Below are positions 15,001-30,000 of a stretch of 64,000 nt of DNA, in pieces. The notes beneath the pieces were generated by a model, which saw nothing but the letters and a program-made list of their open reading frames with translations, was not told the origin of the DNA and ran no database searches. Made by a program: the position numbers and the translations under genes. Where the stretch lies: NCBI GenBank assembly GCA_964016885.1, contig OZ024743.1, positions 247,752,001 to 247,816,000 on the forward strand, read 5' to 3'. This DNA comes from Eledone cirrhosa. Taxonomy: Eukaryota. Numbering within the stretch: the stretch's first letter is position 1; every line of letters starts with the position of its first letter.

Positions 15001-18000
15001 CAGTGTGGGCTGGGTGTTTTTTGTCATGACACCTACACAAACATCTTAGGGTGTGGGCTGGGTGTTTTTTGTCATAACACCTACACAAACATCCTACAGT
15101 GTGGGCTGGGTGTTTTTTGTCATGACACCTACACCAAAATCTTACAGTGTGGGCTGGGTGTTTTTTGTCATAACACTTACACAACCATCTTACAGTGTGG
15201 GCTGGGTGTTTTTTGTCATGACACCTAAACAAACGTCTTAACAGTGTGGGCTGGGTGTTTTTTGTCATAACACCTACACAAACATCTTACAGTGTGGGCT
15301 GGGTGTTTTTTGTCATGACACCTACACAAACATCTTACAGTGTGGGCTGGGTGTTTTTTGTGATAACACCTACACAAACATCTTACAGTGTGGGCTGGAT
15401 GTTTTTTGTCATGACACCTACACAAACATCTTACAGTGTGGGCTGGGTGTTTTTTTTCATAACACTTACACAACCAATTTACAGTGTTGGCTGGGTGCTT
15501 TTTGTCATAACACTTACCACAACCAATTTACAGTGTGGGCTGGGTGTTTTTTGTCATGACACCTACACAAACACCTTACAGTGTGGGCTGGGTGTTTTTT
15601 GTCATGACACCTACACAAACATCTTACAGTGTGGGCTGGGTGTTTTTTGTCATGACACCTACACAAACATCTTACAGTGTGGGCTGGGTGTTTTTTGTTA
15701 TGTCACCTACACAAACATCTTACAGTGTGGGCTGGGTGTTTTTTGTCATGACACCTACACAAACATCTTACAGTGTGGGCTGGGTGTTTTTTGTCATGAC
15801 ACCTACACAAACATCTTACAGTGTGGGCTGGGTGTTTTTTGTCATAACACTTACCACAACCAATTTACAGTGTGGGCTGGGTGTTTTTTGTCATAACACT
15901 TACCACAACCAATTTACAGTGTGAGCTGGGTGTTTTTTGTCATAACACTTACGACAACCAATTTACAGTTGGGCTGGGTGCTTTTTGTCATAACACTTAC
16001 CACAACCAATTTACAGTATGGGCTGGGTGTTTTTTGTCATAACACTTACCACAACCAATTTACAGTGTGGGCTGGGTGTTTTTTGTCATAACACTTACCA
16101 CAACCAATTTACAGTGTGGGCTGGGTGCTTTTTGTCATAACACTTACCACAACCAATTTACAGTGTGGGCTGGGTGTTTTTTGTCATAACACTTACCACA
16201 ACCAATTTACAGTGTGGGCTGGGTGTTTTTTGTCATAACACTTACCACAACCAATTTACAGTGTGGGCTGGGTGCTTTTTATCATAACACTTACCACAAC
16301 CAATTTACAGTGTGGGCTGGGTGCTTTTTGTCATGACACTTACCACAACCAATTTACAGTGTGGGCTGGGTGTTTTTTATCATAACACTTACCACAACCA
16401 ATTTACAGTGTGGGCTGGGTGCTTTTTGTCATATCACTTACCACAACCAATTTACAGTGTGGGCTGGGCGTTTTTTGTCATAACACTTACCACAACCAAT
16501 TTACAGTGTGGGCTGGGTGTTTTTTGAAATAACACATACCACAACCAATTTACTGTGTGGGCTGGGTGCTTTTTGTCATAACACTTACCACAAACAATTT
16601 ACAGTGTGGGCTGGGTGTTTTTTGTCATAACACTTACCACAACCAATTTACAGTGTGGGCTGGGTGCATTTTGTCATAACACTTACCACAACCAATTTAC
16701 AGTGTGGGCTGGGTGTTTTTTGTCATAACACTTACCACAACCAATTTACAGTGTGGGCTGGGTGCTTTTTGTCATAACACTTACCACAACCAATTTACAG
16801 TGTGGGCTGGGTGCTTTTTGTCATAACACTTACCACAACCAATTTACAGTGTGGGCTGGTTGTTTTTTGTCATAACATTTACCACAACCAATTTACAGTG
16901 TGGGCTGGGTGCTTTTTGTCATAACACTTACCACAACCAATTTACAGTGTGTGCCGGGTGCTTTTTTGTCATAACACTTACCACAACCAATTTACAGTGT
17001 GGGCTGGGTGCTTTTTGTCATAACACTTACCACAACCAATTTACAGTGTGGGCTGGGTGCTTTTTGTCATAACACTTACCACAACCAATTTACAGTGTGG
17101 GCTGGGTGTTTTTTGTCATAACACTTACCACAAACAATTTACAGTGTGGGCTGGGTGCTTTTTGTCATAACACTTCCCACAACCAATTTACAGTGTGGGC
17201 TGGGTGTTTTTTGTCATAACACTTACCACAACCAATTTAAAGTGTGGGCTGGGTGTTTTTTGTCATAACACTTACCACAACCAATTTACAGTGTGGGCTG
17301 GGTGTTTTTTGTCAATACACTTACCACAACCAATTTACAGTGTGGGCTGGGTGCTTTTTGTCATAACACTTACCACAACAAATTTACAGTGTGGGCTGGG
17401 TGTTTTTTGTCATAACACTTACACAACCGATTTGCAGTGTGGGCTGGGTGTTTTTTGTCATGACACCTACACAAACATCTTACAGTGTGGGCTGGGTGTT
17501 TTTTGTCATGACACCTACACAAACATCTTACGGTGTGGGCTGGGTGTTTTTTGTCATGACACCTACACAAACATCTTACAGTGTGGGCTGGGTGTTTTTT
17601 GTCATGACACCTACACAAACATCTTACAGTGTGGGCTGGGTGTTTTTTGTCATAACACTTACACAACCAATTTACTGTGTGGGCTGGGTGTTTTTTGTCA
17701 TGACACCTACACAAACATCTTACAGTGTGGGCTGGGTGTTTTTTGTCATGACACCTACACAAACATCTTACAGTGTGGGCTGGGTGTTTTTTGTCATGAC
17801 ACCTACACAAACATCTTACAGTGTGGGCTGGGTGCTTTTTGTCATAACACTTACACAACCAATTTACAGTGTGGGCTGGGTGTTTTTTGTCATGACACCT
17901 ACACAAACATCTTAGGGTGTGGGCTGGGTGTTTTTTGTCATAACACCTACACAAACATCCTACAGTGTGGGCTTGGTGTTTTTTGTCATGACACCTACAC

Positions 18001-21000
18001 CAAAATCTTACAGTGTGGGCTGGGTGTTTTTTGTCATAACACTTACACAACCATCTTACAGTGTGGGCTGGGTGTTTTTTGTCATAACACTTACACAACC
18101 ATCTTACAGTGTGGGCTGGGTGTTTTTTGTCATAACACTTACACAACCAATTTACAGTGTGGGCTGGGTGTTTTTTGTCATGACACCTAAACAAACGTCT
18201 TAACAGTGTGGGCTGGGTGTTTTTTGTCATAACACCTACACAAACATCTTACAGTGTGGGCTGGGTGTTTTTTGTCATAACACTTACACAACCATCTTAC
18301 AGTGTGGGCTGGGTGTTTTTTGTCATAACACTTACACAACCAATTTACAGTGTGGGCTGGGTGTTTTTTGTCATGACACCTACACAAACATCTTAGGGTG
18401 TGGGCTGGGTGTTTTTTGTCATAACACCTACACAACCATCTTACAGTGTGGGCTGGGTGTTTTTTGTCATAACACTTACACAACCAATTTACAGTGTGGG
18501 CTGGGTGTTTTTTGTCATGACACCTACACAAACATCTTAGGGTGTGGGCTGGGTGTTTTTTGTCATAACACCTACACAAACATCTTACAGTGTGGGCTGG
18601 GTGTTTTTTGTCATGACACCTACACCAAAATCTTACAGTGTGGGCTGGGTGTTTTTTGTCATAACACTTACACAACCATCTTACAGTGTGGGCTGGGTGT
18701 TTTTTGTCATAACACTTACACAACCAATTTACAGTGTGGGCTGGGTGTTTTTTGTCATAACACTTACCACAACCAATTTACAGTGTGGGCTGGGTGTTTT
18801 TGTCATGACACCTACACAAACATCTTACAGTGTGGGCTGGGTGTTTTTTGTCATGACACCTACACAAACATCTTACAGTGTGGGCTGGGTGTTTTTTGTC
18901 ATAACACTTACACAACCAATTTACTGTGTGGGCTGGGTGTTTTTTGTCATGACACCTACACAAACATCTTACAGTGTGGGCTGGGTGTTTTTTGTCATGA
19001 CACCTACACAAACATCTTACAGTGTGGGCTGGGTGTTTTTTGTCATGACACCTACACAAACATCTTACAGTGTGGGCTGGGTGTTTTTTGTCATAACACT
19101 TACACAACCATCTTACAGTGTGGGCTGGGTGTTTTTTGTCATAACACTTACACAACCAATTTACAGTGTGGGCTGGGTGTTTTTTGTCATGACACCTACA
19201 CAAACATCTTAGGGTGTGGGCTGGGTGTTTTTTGTCATAACACCTACACAAACATCCTACAGTGTGGGCTGGGTGTTTTTTGTCATGACACCTACACCAA
19301 AATCTTACAGTGTGGGCTGGGTGTTTTTTGTCATAACACTTACACAACCATCTTACAGTGTGGGCTGGGTGTTTTTTGTCATGACACCTAAACAAACGTC
19401 TTAACAGTGTGGGCTGGGTGTTTTTTGTCATAACACCTACACAAACATCTTACAGTGTGGGCTGGGTGTTTTTTGTCATGACACCTACACAAACATCTTA
19501 CAGTGTGGGCTGGGTGTTTTTTGTCATAACACTTACACAACCATCTTACAGTGTGGGCTGGGTGTTTTTTGTCATAACACTTACACAACCAATTTACAGT
19601 GTGGGCTGGGTGTTTTTTGTCATGACACCTACACAAACATCTTAGGGTGTGGGCTGGGTGTTTTTTGTCATAACACCTACACAAACATCTTACAGTGTGG
19701 GCTGGGTGTTTTTTGTCATGACACCTACACCAAAATCTTACAGTGTGGGCTGGGTGTTTTTTGTCATAACACTTACACAACCATCTTACAGTGTGGGCTG
19801 GGTGTTTTTTGTCATAACACTTACACAACCAATTTACAGTGTGGGCTGGGTGTTTTTTGTCATAACACTTACCACAACCAATTTACAGTGTGGGCTGGGT
19901 GTTTTTGTCATGACACTTACACAACAAATTTACAGTGTGGGCTGGGTGTTTTTTGTCATGACACCTACACAAACATCTTACAGTGTGGGCTGGGTGTTTT
20001 TTTTCATGACACCTACACAAACATCTTACAGTGTGGGCTGGGTGTTTTTTGTCATGACACCTACACAAACATCTTACAGTGTGGGCTGGGTGTTTTTTGT
20101 TATGACACCTACACAAACATCTTACAGTGTGGGCTGGGTGTTTTTTGTCATGACACCTACACAAACATCTTACAGTGTGGGCTGGGTGTTTTTTGTCATG
20201 ACACCTACACAAACATCTTACAGTGTGGACTGGGTGTTTTTTGTCATAACACTTACCACAACCAATTTACAGTGTGGGCTGGGTGTTTTTTGTCATAACA
20301 CTTACCACAACCAATTTACAGTGTGGGCTGGGTGTTTTTTGTCATAACACGTACGACAACCAATTTACAGTGTGGGCTGGGTGCTTTTTGTCATAACACT
20401 TACCACAACCAATTTACAGTATGGGCTGGGTGTTTTTTGTCATAACACTTACCACAACCAATTTACAGTGTGGGCTGGGTGTTTTTTGTCATAACACTTA
20501 CCACAACCAATTTACAGTGTGGGCTGGGTGCTTTTTGTCATAACACTTACCACAACCAATTTACAGTGTGGGCTGGGTGTTTTTTGTCATAACACTTACC
20601 ACAACCAATTTACAGTGTGGGCTGGGTGCTTTTTGTCATAACACTTACCACAACCAATTTACAGTGTGGGCTGGGTGCTTTTTGTCATAACACTTACCAC
20701 AACCAATTTACAGTGTGGGCTGGGTGCTTTTTGTCATAACACTTACCACAACCAATTTACATTGTGGGCTGGGTGTTTTTTGTCATAACACTTACCACAA
20801 CCAATTTACAGTGTGGGCTGGGTGTTTTTTGTCATAACACTTACCACAACCAATTTACAGTGTGGGCTGGGTGCTTTTTGTCATATCACTTACCACAACC
20901 AATTTACAGTGTGGGCTGAGCGTTTTTTGTCATAACACTTACCACAACCAATTTAGTGTGTGGGCTGGGTGCTTTTTGTCATAACACTTACCACAAACAA

Positions 21001-24000
21001 TTTACAGTGTGGGCTGGGTGTTTTTTGTCATAACACCTACACAAACATCTTACAGTGTGGGCTGGGTGTTTTTTGTCATGACACCTACACAAACATCTTA
21101 CAGTGTGGGCTGGGTGTTTTTTGTAATAACACCTACACAAACATCTTACAGTGTGGGCTGGATGTTTTTTGTCATGACACCTACACAAACATCTTACAGT
21201 GTGGGCTGGGTGTTTTTTTTCATAACACTTACACAACCAATTTACAGTGTTGGCTGGGTGCTTTTTGTCATAACACTTACCACAACCAATTTACAGTGTG
21301 GGCTGGCTGTTTTTGTCATGACACCTACACAAACATCTTACAGTGTGGGCTGGGTGTTTTTTGTCATGACACTTACACAAACATCTTACAGTGTGGGCTG
21401 GGTGTTTTTTGTCATGACACCTACACAACCAATTTACAGTGTTGGCTGGGTGCTTTTTGTCATAACACTTACCACAACCAATTTACAGTGTGGGCTGGGT
21501 GTTTTTTGTCATGGCACCTACACAAACATCTTACAGTGTGGGCTGGGTGTTTTTGTCATGACACCTACACAAACATCTTACAGTGTGGGCTGGGTGTTTT
21601 TTTTCATAACACTTACACAACCAATTTACAGTGTTGGCTGGGTGCTTTTTGTCATAACACTTACCACAACCAATTTACAGTGTGGGCTGGGTGTTTTTGT
21701 CATGACACCTACACAAACATCTTACAGTGTGGGCTGGGTGTTTTTTGTCATGACACCTACACAAACATCTTACAGTGTGGGCTGGGTGTTTTTTGTCATA
21801 ACACTTACACAACCAATTTACTGTGTGGGCTGGTGTTTTTTGTCATGACACCTACACAAACATCTTACAGTGTGGGCTGGGTGTTTTTTGTCATGACACC
21901 TACACAAACATCTTACAGTGTGGGCTGGGTGTTTTTTGTCATGACACCTACACAAACATCTTACAGTGTGGGCTGGGTGTTTTTTGTCATAACACTTACA
22001 CAACCAATTTACTGTGTGGGCTGGGTGTTTTTTGTCATGACACCTATACAAACATCTTACAGTGTGGGCTGGGTGTTTTTGTCATGACACCTACACAAAC
22101 ATCTTACAGTGTGGGCTGGGTGTTTTTTTTCATAACACTTACACAACCAATTTACAGTGTTGGCTGGGTGCTTTTTGTCATAACACTTACCACAACCAAT
22201 TTACAGTGTGGGCTGGGTGTTTTTTGTCATGACACCTACACAAACATCTTACAGTGTGGGCTGGGTGTTTTTTGTCATAACACTTACACAACCAATTTAC
22301 AGTGTTGGCTGGGTGCTTTTTGTCATAACACTTACCACAACCAATTTACAGTGTGGGCTGGCTGTTTTTGTCATGACACCTACACAAACATCTTACAGTG
22401 TGGGCTGGGTGTTTTTTGTCATGACACCTACACAAACATCTTACAGTGTGGGCTGGGTGTTTTTTGTTATGACACCTACACAAACATCTTACAGTGTGGG
22501 CTGGGTGTTTTTTGTCATGACACTTACACAAACATCTTACAGTGTGGGCTGGGTGTTTTTTGTCATGACACTTACACAACCAATTTACAGTGTTGGCTGG
22601 GTGCTTTTTGTCATAACACTTACCACAACCAATTTACAGTGTGGGCTGGGTGTTTTTTGTCATGGCACCTACACAAACATCTTACAGTGTGGGCTGGGTG
22701 TTTTTGTCATGACACCTACACAAACATCTTACAGTGTGGGCTGGGTGTTTTTTTTCATAACACTTACACAACCAATTTACAGTGTTGGCTGGGTGCTTTT
22801 TGTCATAACACTTACCACAACCAATTTACAGTGTGGGCTGGGTGTTTTTGTCATGACACCTACACAAACATCTTACAGTGTGGGCTGGGTGTTTTTTGTC
22901 ATGACACCTACACAAACATCTTACAGTGTGGGCTGGGTGTTTTTTGTCATAACACTTACACAACCAATTTACTGTGTGGGCTGGGTGTTTTTTGTCATGA
23001 CACCTACACAAACATCTTACAGTGTGGGCTGGGTGTTTTTTGTCATGACACCTACACAAACATCTTACAGTGTGGGCTGGGTGTTTTTTGTCATGACACC
23101 TACACAAACATCTTACAGTGTGGGCTGGGTGTTTTTTGTCATAACACTTACACAACCAATTTACTGTGTGGGCTGGGTGTTTTTTGTCATGACACCTATA
23201 CAAACATCTTACAGTGTGGGCTGGGTGTTTTTGTCATGACACCTACACAAACATCTTACAGTGTGGGCTGGGTGTTTTTTTTCATAACACTTACACAACC
23301 AATTTACAGTGTTGGCTGGGTGCTTTTTGTCATAACACTTACCACAACCAATTTACAGTGTGGGCTGGGTGTTTTTGTCATGACACCTACACAAACATCT
23401 TACAGTGTGGGCTGGGTGTTTTTTGTCATGACACCTACACAAACATCTTACAGTGTGGGCTGGGTGTTTTTTGTCATAACACTTACACAACCAATTTACT
23501 GTGTGGGCTGGGTGTTTTTTGTCATGACACCTACACAAACATCTTACAGTGTGGGCTGGGTGTTTTTTGTCATAACACTTACACAACCAATTTACAGTGT
23601 TGGCTGGGTGCTTTTTGTCATAACATTTACCACAACCAATTTACAGTGTGGGCTGGGTGCTTTTTGTCATAACACTTACCACAACCAGTATACAGTGTGG
23701 GCTGGGTGTTTTTTGTAATAACACTTACCACAACCAATTTACAGTGTGGGCTGGGTGTTTTTTGTCATAACACTTACCGCAACCAATTTACAGTGTGGGC
23801 TGGGTGCTTTTTGTCATAACACTTACCACAACCAATTTACAGTGTGGGCTGGGTGCTTTTTGTCATAACACTTACCACAACCAATTTACAGTGTGGGCTG
23901 GGTGCTTTTTGTCATAACACTTACCACAACCAATTTACAGTGTGGGCTGGGTGTTTTTTGTCATAACACTTACCACAACCAATTTACAGTGTGGGCTGGG

Positions 24001-27000
24001 TGCTTTTTGTCATAACACTTACCACAGCCAATTTACAGTGTGGGCTGGGTGTTTTTTGTCATAACACTTACCACAACCAATTTACAGTGTGGGCTGGGTG
24101 TTTTTTGTCATAACCCTTACCACAACTAATTTACAGTGTGGGCTGGGTGCTTTTTGTCATAACACTTACCACAAACAATTTACAGTGTGGGCTGGGTGTT
24201 TTTTGTCATAACACTTACCACAACCAATTTACAGTGTGAGGTGGGTGCTTTTTGTCATAACACTTACCACAACCAATTTACAGTGTGGGCTAGGTGCTTT
24301 TTGTCATAACACTTACCACAACCAATTTACAGTGTGGGCTGGGTGTTTTTTGTCATAACACTTACCACAACGAATTTACAGTGTGGGCTGGGTGTTTTTT
24401 GTCATAACACTTACCACAACCAATTTACAGTGTGGGCTGGCTGTTTTTGTCATGACACCTACACAAACATCTTACAGTGTGGGCTGGGTGTTTTTTGTCA
24501 TGACACCTACACAAACATCTTACAGTGTGGGCTGGGTGTTTTTTGTCATGACACCTACACAAACATCTTACAGTGTGGGCTGGGTGTTTTTTGTTATGAC
24601 ACCTACACAAACATCTTACAGTGTGGGCTGGGTGTTTTTTGTCATGACACCTACACAAACATCTTACAGTGTGGGCTGGGTGTTTTTTGTCATGACACCT
24701 ACACAACCAATTTACAGTGTTGGCTGGGTGCTTTTTGTCATAACACTTACCACAACCAATTTACAGTGTGGGCTGGGTGTTTTTTGTCATAACACTTACC
24801 ACAACCAATTTACAGTGTTGGCTGGGTGTTTTTTGTCATAACACTTACCACAACCAATTTACAGTGTGGGCTGGGTGCTTTTTGTCATAACACTTACCAC
24901 AACCAATTTACAGTGTGGGCTGGGTGCTTTTTGTCATAACACTTACCACACCAATTTACAGTGTGGGCTGGGTGCTTTTTGTCATAACACTTACCCCAAC
25001 CAATTTACAGTGTGGGCTGGGTGCTTTTTGTCATAACTCTTACCACAACCAATTTACAGTGTGGGCTGGGTGTTTTTTGTCATAACACTTACCACAACCA
25101 ATTTACAGTGTGGGCTGGGTGCTTTTTGTCATAACACTTACCACAAACAATTTACAGTGTGGGCTGGATGTTTTTTGTCATAACACTTACCACAACCAAT
25201 TTACAGTGTGGGCTGGGTGCTTTTTGTCATAACACTTACCACAACCAATTTAAAGTGTGGGCTGGGTGCTTTTTGTCATAACACTTACCACAACCAATTT
25301 ACAGTGTGGGCTGGGTGCTTTTTCTCATAACACTTACCACAACCAATTTACAGTGTGGGCTGGGTGCTTTTTGTCATAACACTTACCACAACCAATTTAC
25401 AGTGTGGGCTGGGTGCTTTTTGTCATAACACTTACCACAACCAATTTACAGTGTGGGCTGGGTGCTTTTTGTCATAACACTTACCACAACCAATTTACAG
25501 TGTGGGCTGGGTGCTTTTTGTCATATCACTTATTACAACCAATTTACAGTGTGGGCTGGGCGTTTTTTGTCATAACACTTACCACAACCAATTTACAGTG
25601 TGGGCTGGGTGTTTTTTGAAATAACACATACCACAACCAATTTACTGTGTGGGCTGGGTGCTTTTTGTCATCACACTTACCACACCAATTTACAGTGTGG
25701 GCTGGGTGCTTTTTGTCATAACACTTACCACAACCAATTTACAGTGTGGGCTGGGTGCTTTTTGTCATAACTCTTACCACAACCAATTTACAGTGTGGGC
25801 TGGGTGCTTTTTGTCATAACACTTACCACAACCAATTTACAGTGTGGGCTGGGTGTTTTTTGTCATAACACTTACCACAACTAATTTACAGTGTGGGCTG
25901 GGTGCTTTTTGTCATAACACTTACCACAAACAATTTACAGTGTGGGCTGGGTGTTTTTTGTCATAACACTTACCACAACCAATTTACAGTGTGGGCTGGG
26001 TGCTTTTTGTCATAACACTTACCACAACCAATTTACAGTGTGGGCTAGGTGCTTTTTGTCATAACACTTACCACAACCAATTTACAGTGTGGGCTGGGTG
26101 TTTTTTGTCATAACACTTACCACAACGAATTTACAGTGTGGGCTGGGTGTTTTTTGTCATAACACTTACCACAACCAATTTACAGTGTGGGCTGGCTGTT
26201 TTTGTCATGACACCTACACAAACATCTTACAGTGTGGGCTGGGTGTTTTTTGTCATGACACCTACACAAACATCTTACAGTGTGGGCTGGGTGTTTTTTG
26301 TCATGACACCTACAAAACCAATTTACAGTGTTGGCTGGGTACTTTTTGTCATAACACTTACCACAACCAATTTACAGTGTGGGCTGGGTGTTTTTTGTCA
26401 TAACACTTACCACAACCAATTTACAGTGTGGGCTGGGTGTTTTTTGTCATAACACTTACCACAACCAATTTACAGTGTGGGCTGGGTGCTTTTTGTCATT
26501 ACAATTACCACAACCAATTTACAGTGTGGGCTGGGTGCTTTTTGTCATAACACTTACCACACCAATTTACAGTGTGGGCTGGGTGCTTTTTGTCATAACA
26601 CTTACCACAACCAATTTACAGTGTGGGCTGGGTGCTTTTTGTCATAACTCTTACCACAACCAATTTACAGTGTGGGCTGTGTGTTTTTTGTCATAACACT
26701 TACCACAACCAATTTACAGTGTGGGCTGGGTGCTTTTTCTCATAACACTTACCACAACCAATTTACAGTGTGGGCTGGGTGCTTTTTGTCATAACACTTA
26801 CCACAACCAATTTACAGTGTGGGCTGGGTGCTTTTTGTCATAACACTTACCACAACCAATTTACAGTGTGGGCTGGGTGCTTTTTGTCATAACACTTACC
26901 ACAACCAATTTACAGTGTGGGCTGGGTGCTTTTTGTCATAACACTTACCACAACCAATTTACAGTGTGGGCTGGGTGTTTTTTGTCATAACACTTACCAC

Positions 27001-30000
27001 AACCGATTTACAGTGTGGGCTGGGTGTTTTTTGTCATAACACTTACCACAACGAATTTACAGTGTGGGCTGGGTGCTTTTTGTCATAACACTTACCACAA
27101 CCAATTTACAGTGTGGGCTGGGTGCTTTTTGTCATAACTCTTACCACAACCAATTTATAGTGTGGGCTGGGTGCTTTTTGTCATAACACTTACCACAACC
27201 AATTTACAGTGTGGGCTGGGTGCTTTTTATCATAACACTTACCACAACCAATTTACAGTGTGGGCTGGGTGCTTTTTGTCATAACACTTACCACAACCAA
27301 TTTACAGTGTGGGCTGGCTGTTTTTTGTCATAACACTTACCACAACCAATTTACAGTGTGGGCTGGGTGCTTTTTGTCATATCACTTACCACAACCAATT
27401 TACAGTGTGGGCTGGGCGTTTTTTGTCATAACACTTACCACAACCAATTTACAGTGTGGGCTGGGTGTTTTTTGAAATAACACATACCACAACCAATTTA
27501 CTGTGTGGGCTGGGTGCTTTTTGTCATAACACGTACCACAAACAATTTACAGTGTGGGCTGGGTGTTTTTTGTCATAACAATTACCACAACCAATTTACA
27601 GTGTGGGCTGGGTGCATTTTGTCATAACACTTACCACAACCAATTTACAGTGTGGGCTGGGTGTTTTTTGTCATAACACTTACCACAACCAATTTACAGT
27701 GTGGGCTGGGTGCTTTCTGTCATAACACTTACCACAACCAATTTACAGTGTGGGCTGGGTGCTTTTTGTCATAACACTTACCACAACCAATTTACAGTGT
27801 GGGCTGGTTGTTTTTTGTCATAACATTTACCACAACCAATTTACAGTGTGGGGTGGGTGCTTTTTGTCATAACACTTACCACAACCAATTTACAGTGTGG
27901 GCTGGGTGTTTTTTGTCATAACACTTACCACAACCAATTTACAGTGTGGGCTGGGTGTTTTTTGTAATAACACCTACACAAACATCTTACAGTGTGGGCT
28001 GGATGTTTTTTGTCATGACACCTACACAAACATCTTACAGTGTGGGCTGGGTGTTTTTTTTCATAACACTTACACAACCAATTTACAGTGTTGGCTGGGT
28101 GCTTTTTGTCATAACACTTACCACAACCAATTTACAGTGTGGGCTGGGTGTTTTTGTCATGACACCTACACAAACATCTTACAGTGTGGGCTGGGTGTTT
28201 TTTGTCATAACACTTACACAACCGATTTGCAGTGTGGGCTGGGTGTTTTTTGTCATGACACCTACACAAACATCTTACAGTGTGGGCTGGGTGTTTTTTG
28301 TCATGACACCTACACAAACATCTTACGGTGTGGGCTGGGTGTTTTTTGTCATGACACTTACACAACCAATTTACAGTGTGGGCCGGGTGTTTTTTGTCAT
28401 GACACCTACACAAACATCTTAGGGTGTGGGCTGGGTGTTTTTTGTCATGACACCTACACCAAAATCTTACAGTGTGGGCTGGGTGTTTTTTGTCATAACA
28501 CTTACACAACCATCTTACAGTGTGGGCTGGGTGTTTTTTGTCATAACACTTACAGAACCAATTTACAGTGTGGGCTGGGTGTTTTTTGTCATGACACCTA
28601 CACAAACATCTTACAGTCTGGGCTGGGTGTTTTTTGTCATAACAGCTACACAAACATCTTACAGTGTGGGCTGGGTGTTTTTTGTCATGACACCTACACA
28701 AACATCTTACAGTGTGGGCTGGGTGTTTTTTGTGATAACACCTACACAAACATCTTACAGTGTGGGCTGGATGTTTTTTGTCATGACACCTACGCAAACA
28801 TCTTACAGTGTGGGCTGGGTGTTTTTTTTCATAACACTTACACAACCAATTTACAGTGTTGGCTGGGTGCTTTTTGTCATAACACTTACCAAAACCAATT
28901 TACAGTGTGGGCTGGCTGTTTTTGTCATGACACCTACACAAACATCTTACAGTGTGGGCTGGGTGTTTTTTGTCATGACACCTACACAAACATCTTACAG
29001 TGTGGGCTGGGTGTTTTTTGTCATGACACCTACACAAACATCTTACAGTGTGGGCTGGGTGTTTTTTGTTATGACACCTACACAAACATCTTACAGTGTG
29101 GGCTGGGTGTTTTTTGTCATGACACCTACACAAACATCTTACAGTGTGGGCTGGGTGTTTTTTGTCATGACACCTACACAACCAATTTACAGTGTTGGCT
29201 GGGTGCTTTTTGTCATAGCACTTACCACAACCAATTTACAGTGTGGGCTGGGTGTTTTTTGTCATGGCACCTACACAAACATCTTACAGTGTGGGCTGGG
29301 TGTTTTTGTCATGACACCTACACAAACATCTTACAGTGTGGGCTGGGTGTTTTTTTTCATAACACTTACACAACCAATTTACAGTGTTGGCTGGGTGCTT
29401 TTTGTCATAACACTTACCACAACCAATTTACAGTGTGGGCTGGGTGTTTTTGTCATGACACCTACACAAACATCTTACAGTGTGGGCTGGGTGTTTTTTG
29501 TCATGACACCTACACAAACATCTTACAGTGTGGGCTGGGTGTTTTTTGTCATAACACTTACACAACCAATTTACTGTGTGGGCTGGGTGTTTTTTGTCAT
29601 GACACCTACACAAACATCTTACAGTGTGGGCTGGGTGTTTTTTGTCATGACACCTACACAAACATCTTACAGTGTGGGCTGGGTGTTTTTTGTCATAACA
29701 CCTACACAAACATCTTACAGTGTGGGCTGGGTGTTTTTTGTCATAACACTTACAAAACCAATTTACTGTGTGGGCTGGGTGTTTTTTGTCATGACACCTA
29801 TATAAACATCTTACAGTGTGGGCTGGGTGTTTTTTATCATGACACCTACACAAACATCTTACAGTGTGGGCTGGGTGTTTTTTGTCATGACACCTACACA
29901 AACATCTTACAGTGTGGGCTGGGTGTTTTTTGTCATAACACTTACACAACCATCTTACAGTGTGGGCTGGGTGTTTTTTGTCATAACACTTACACAACCA

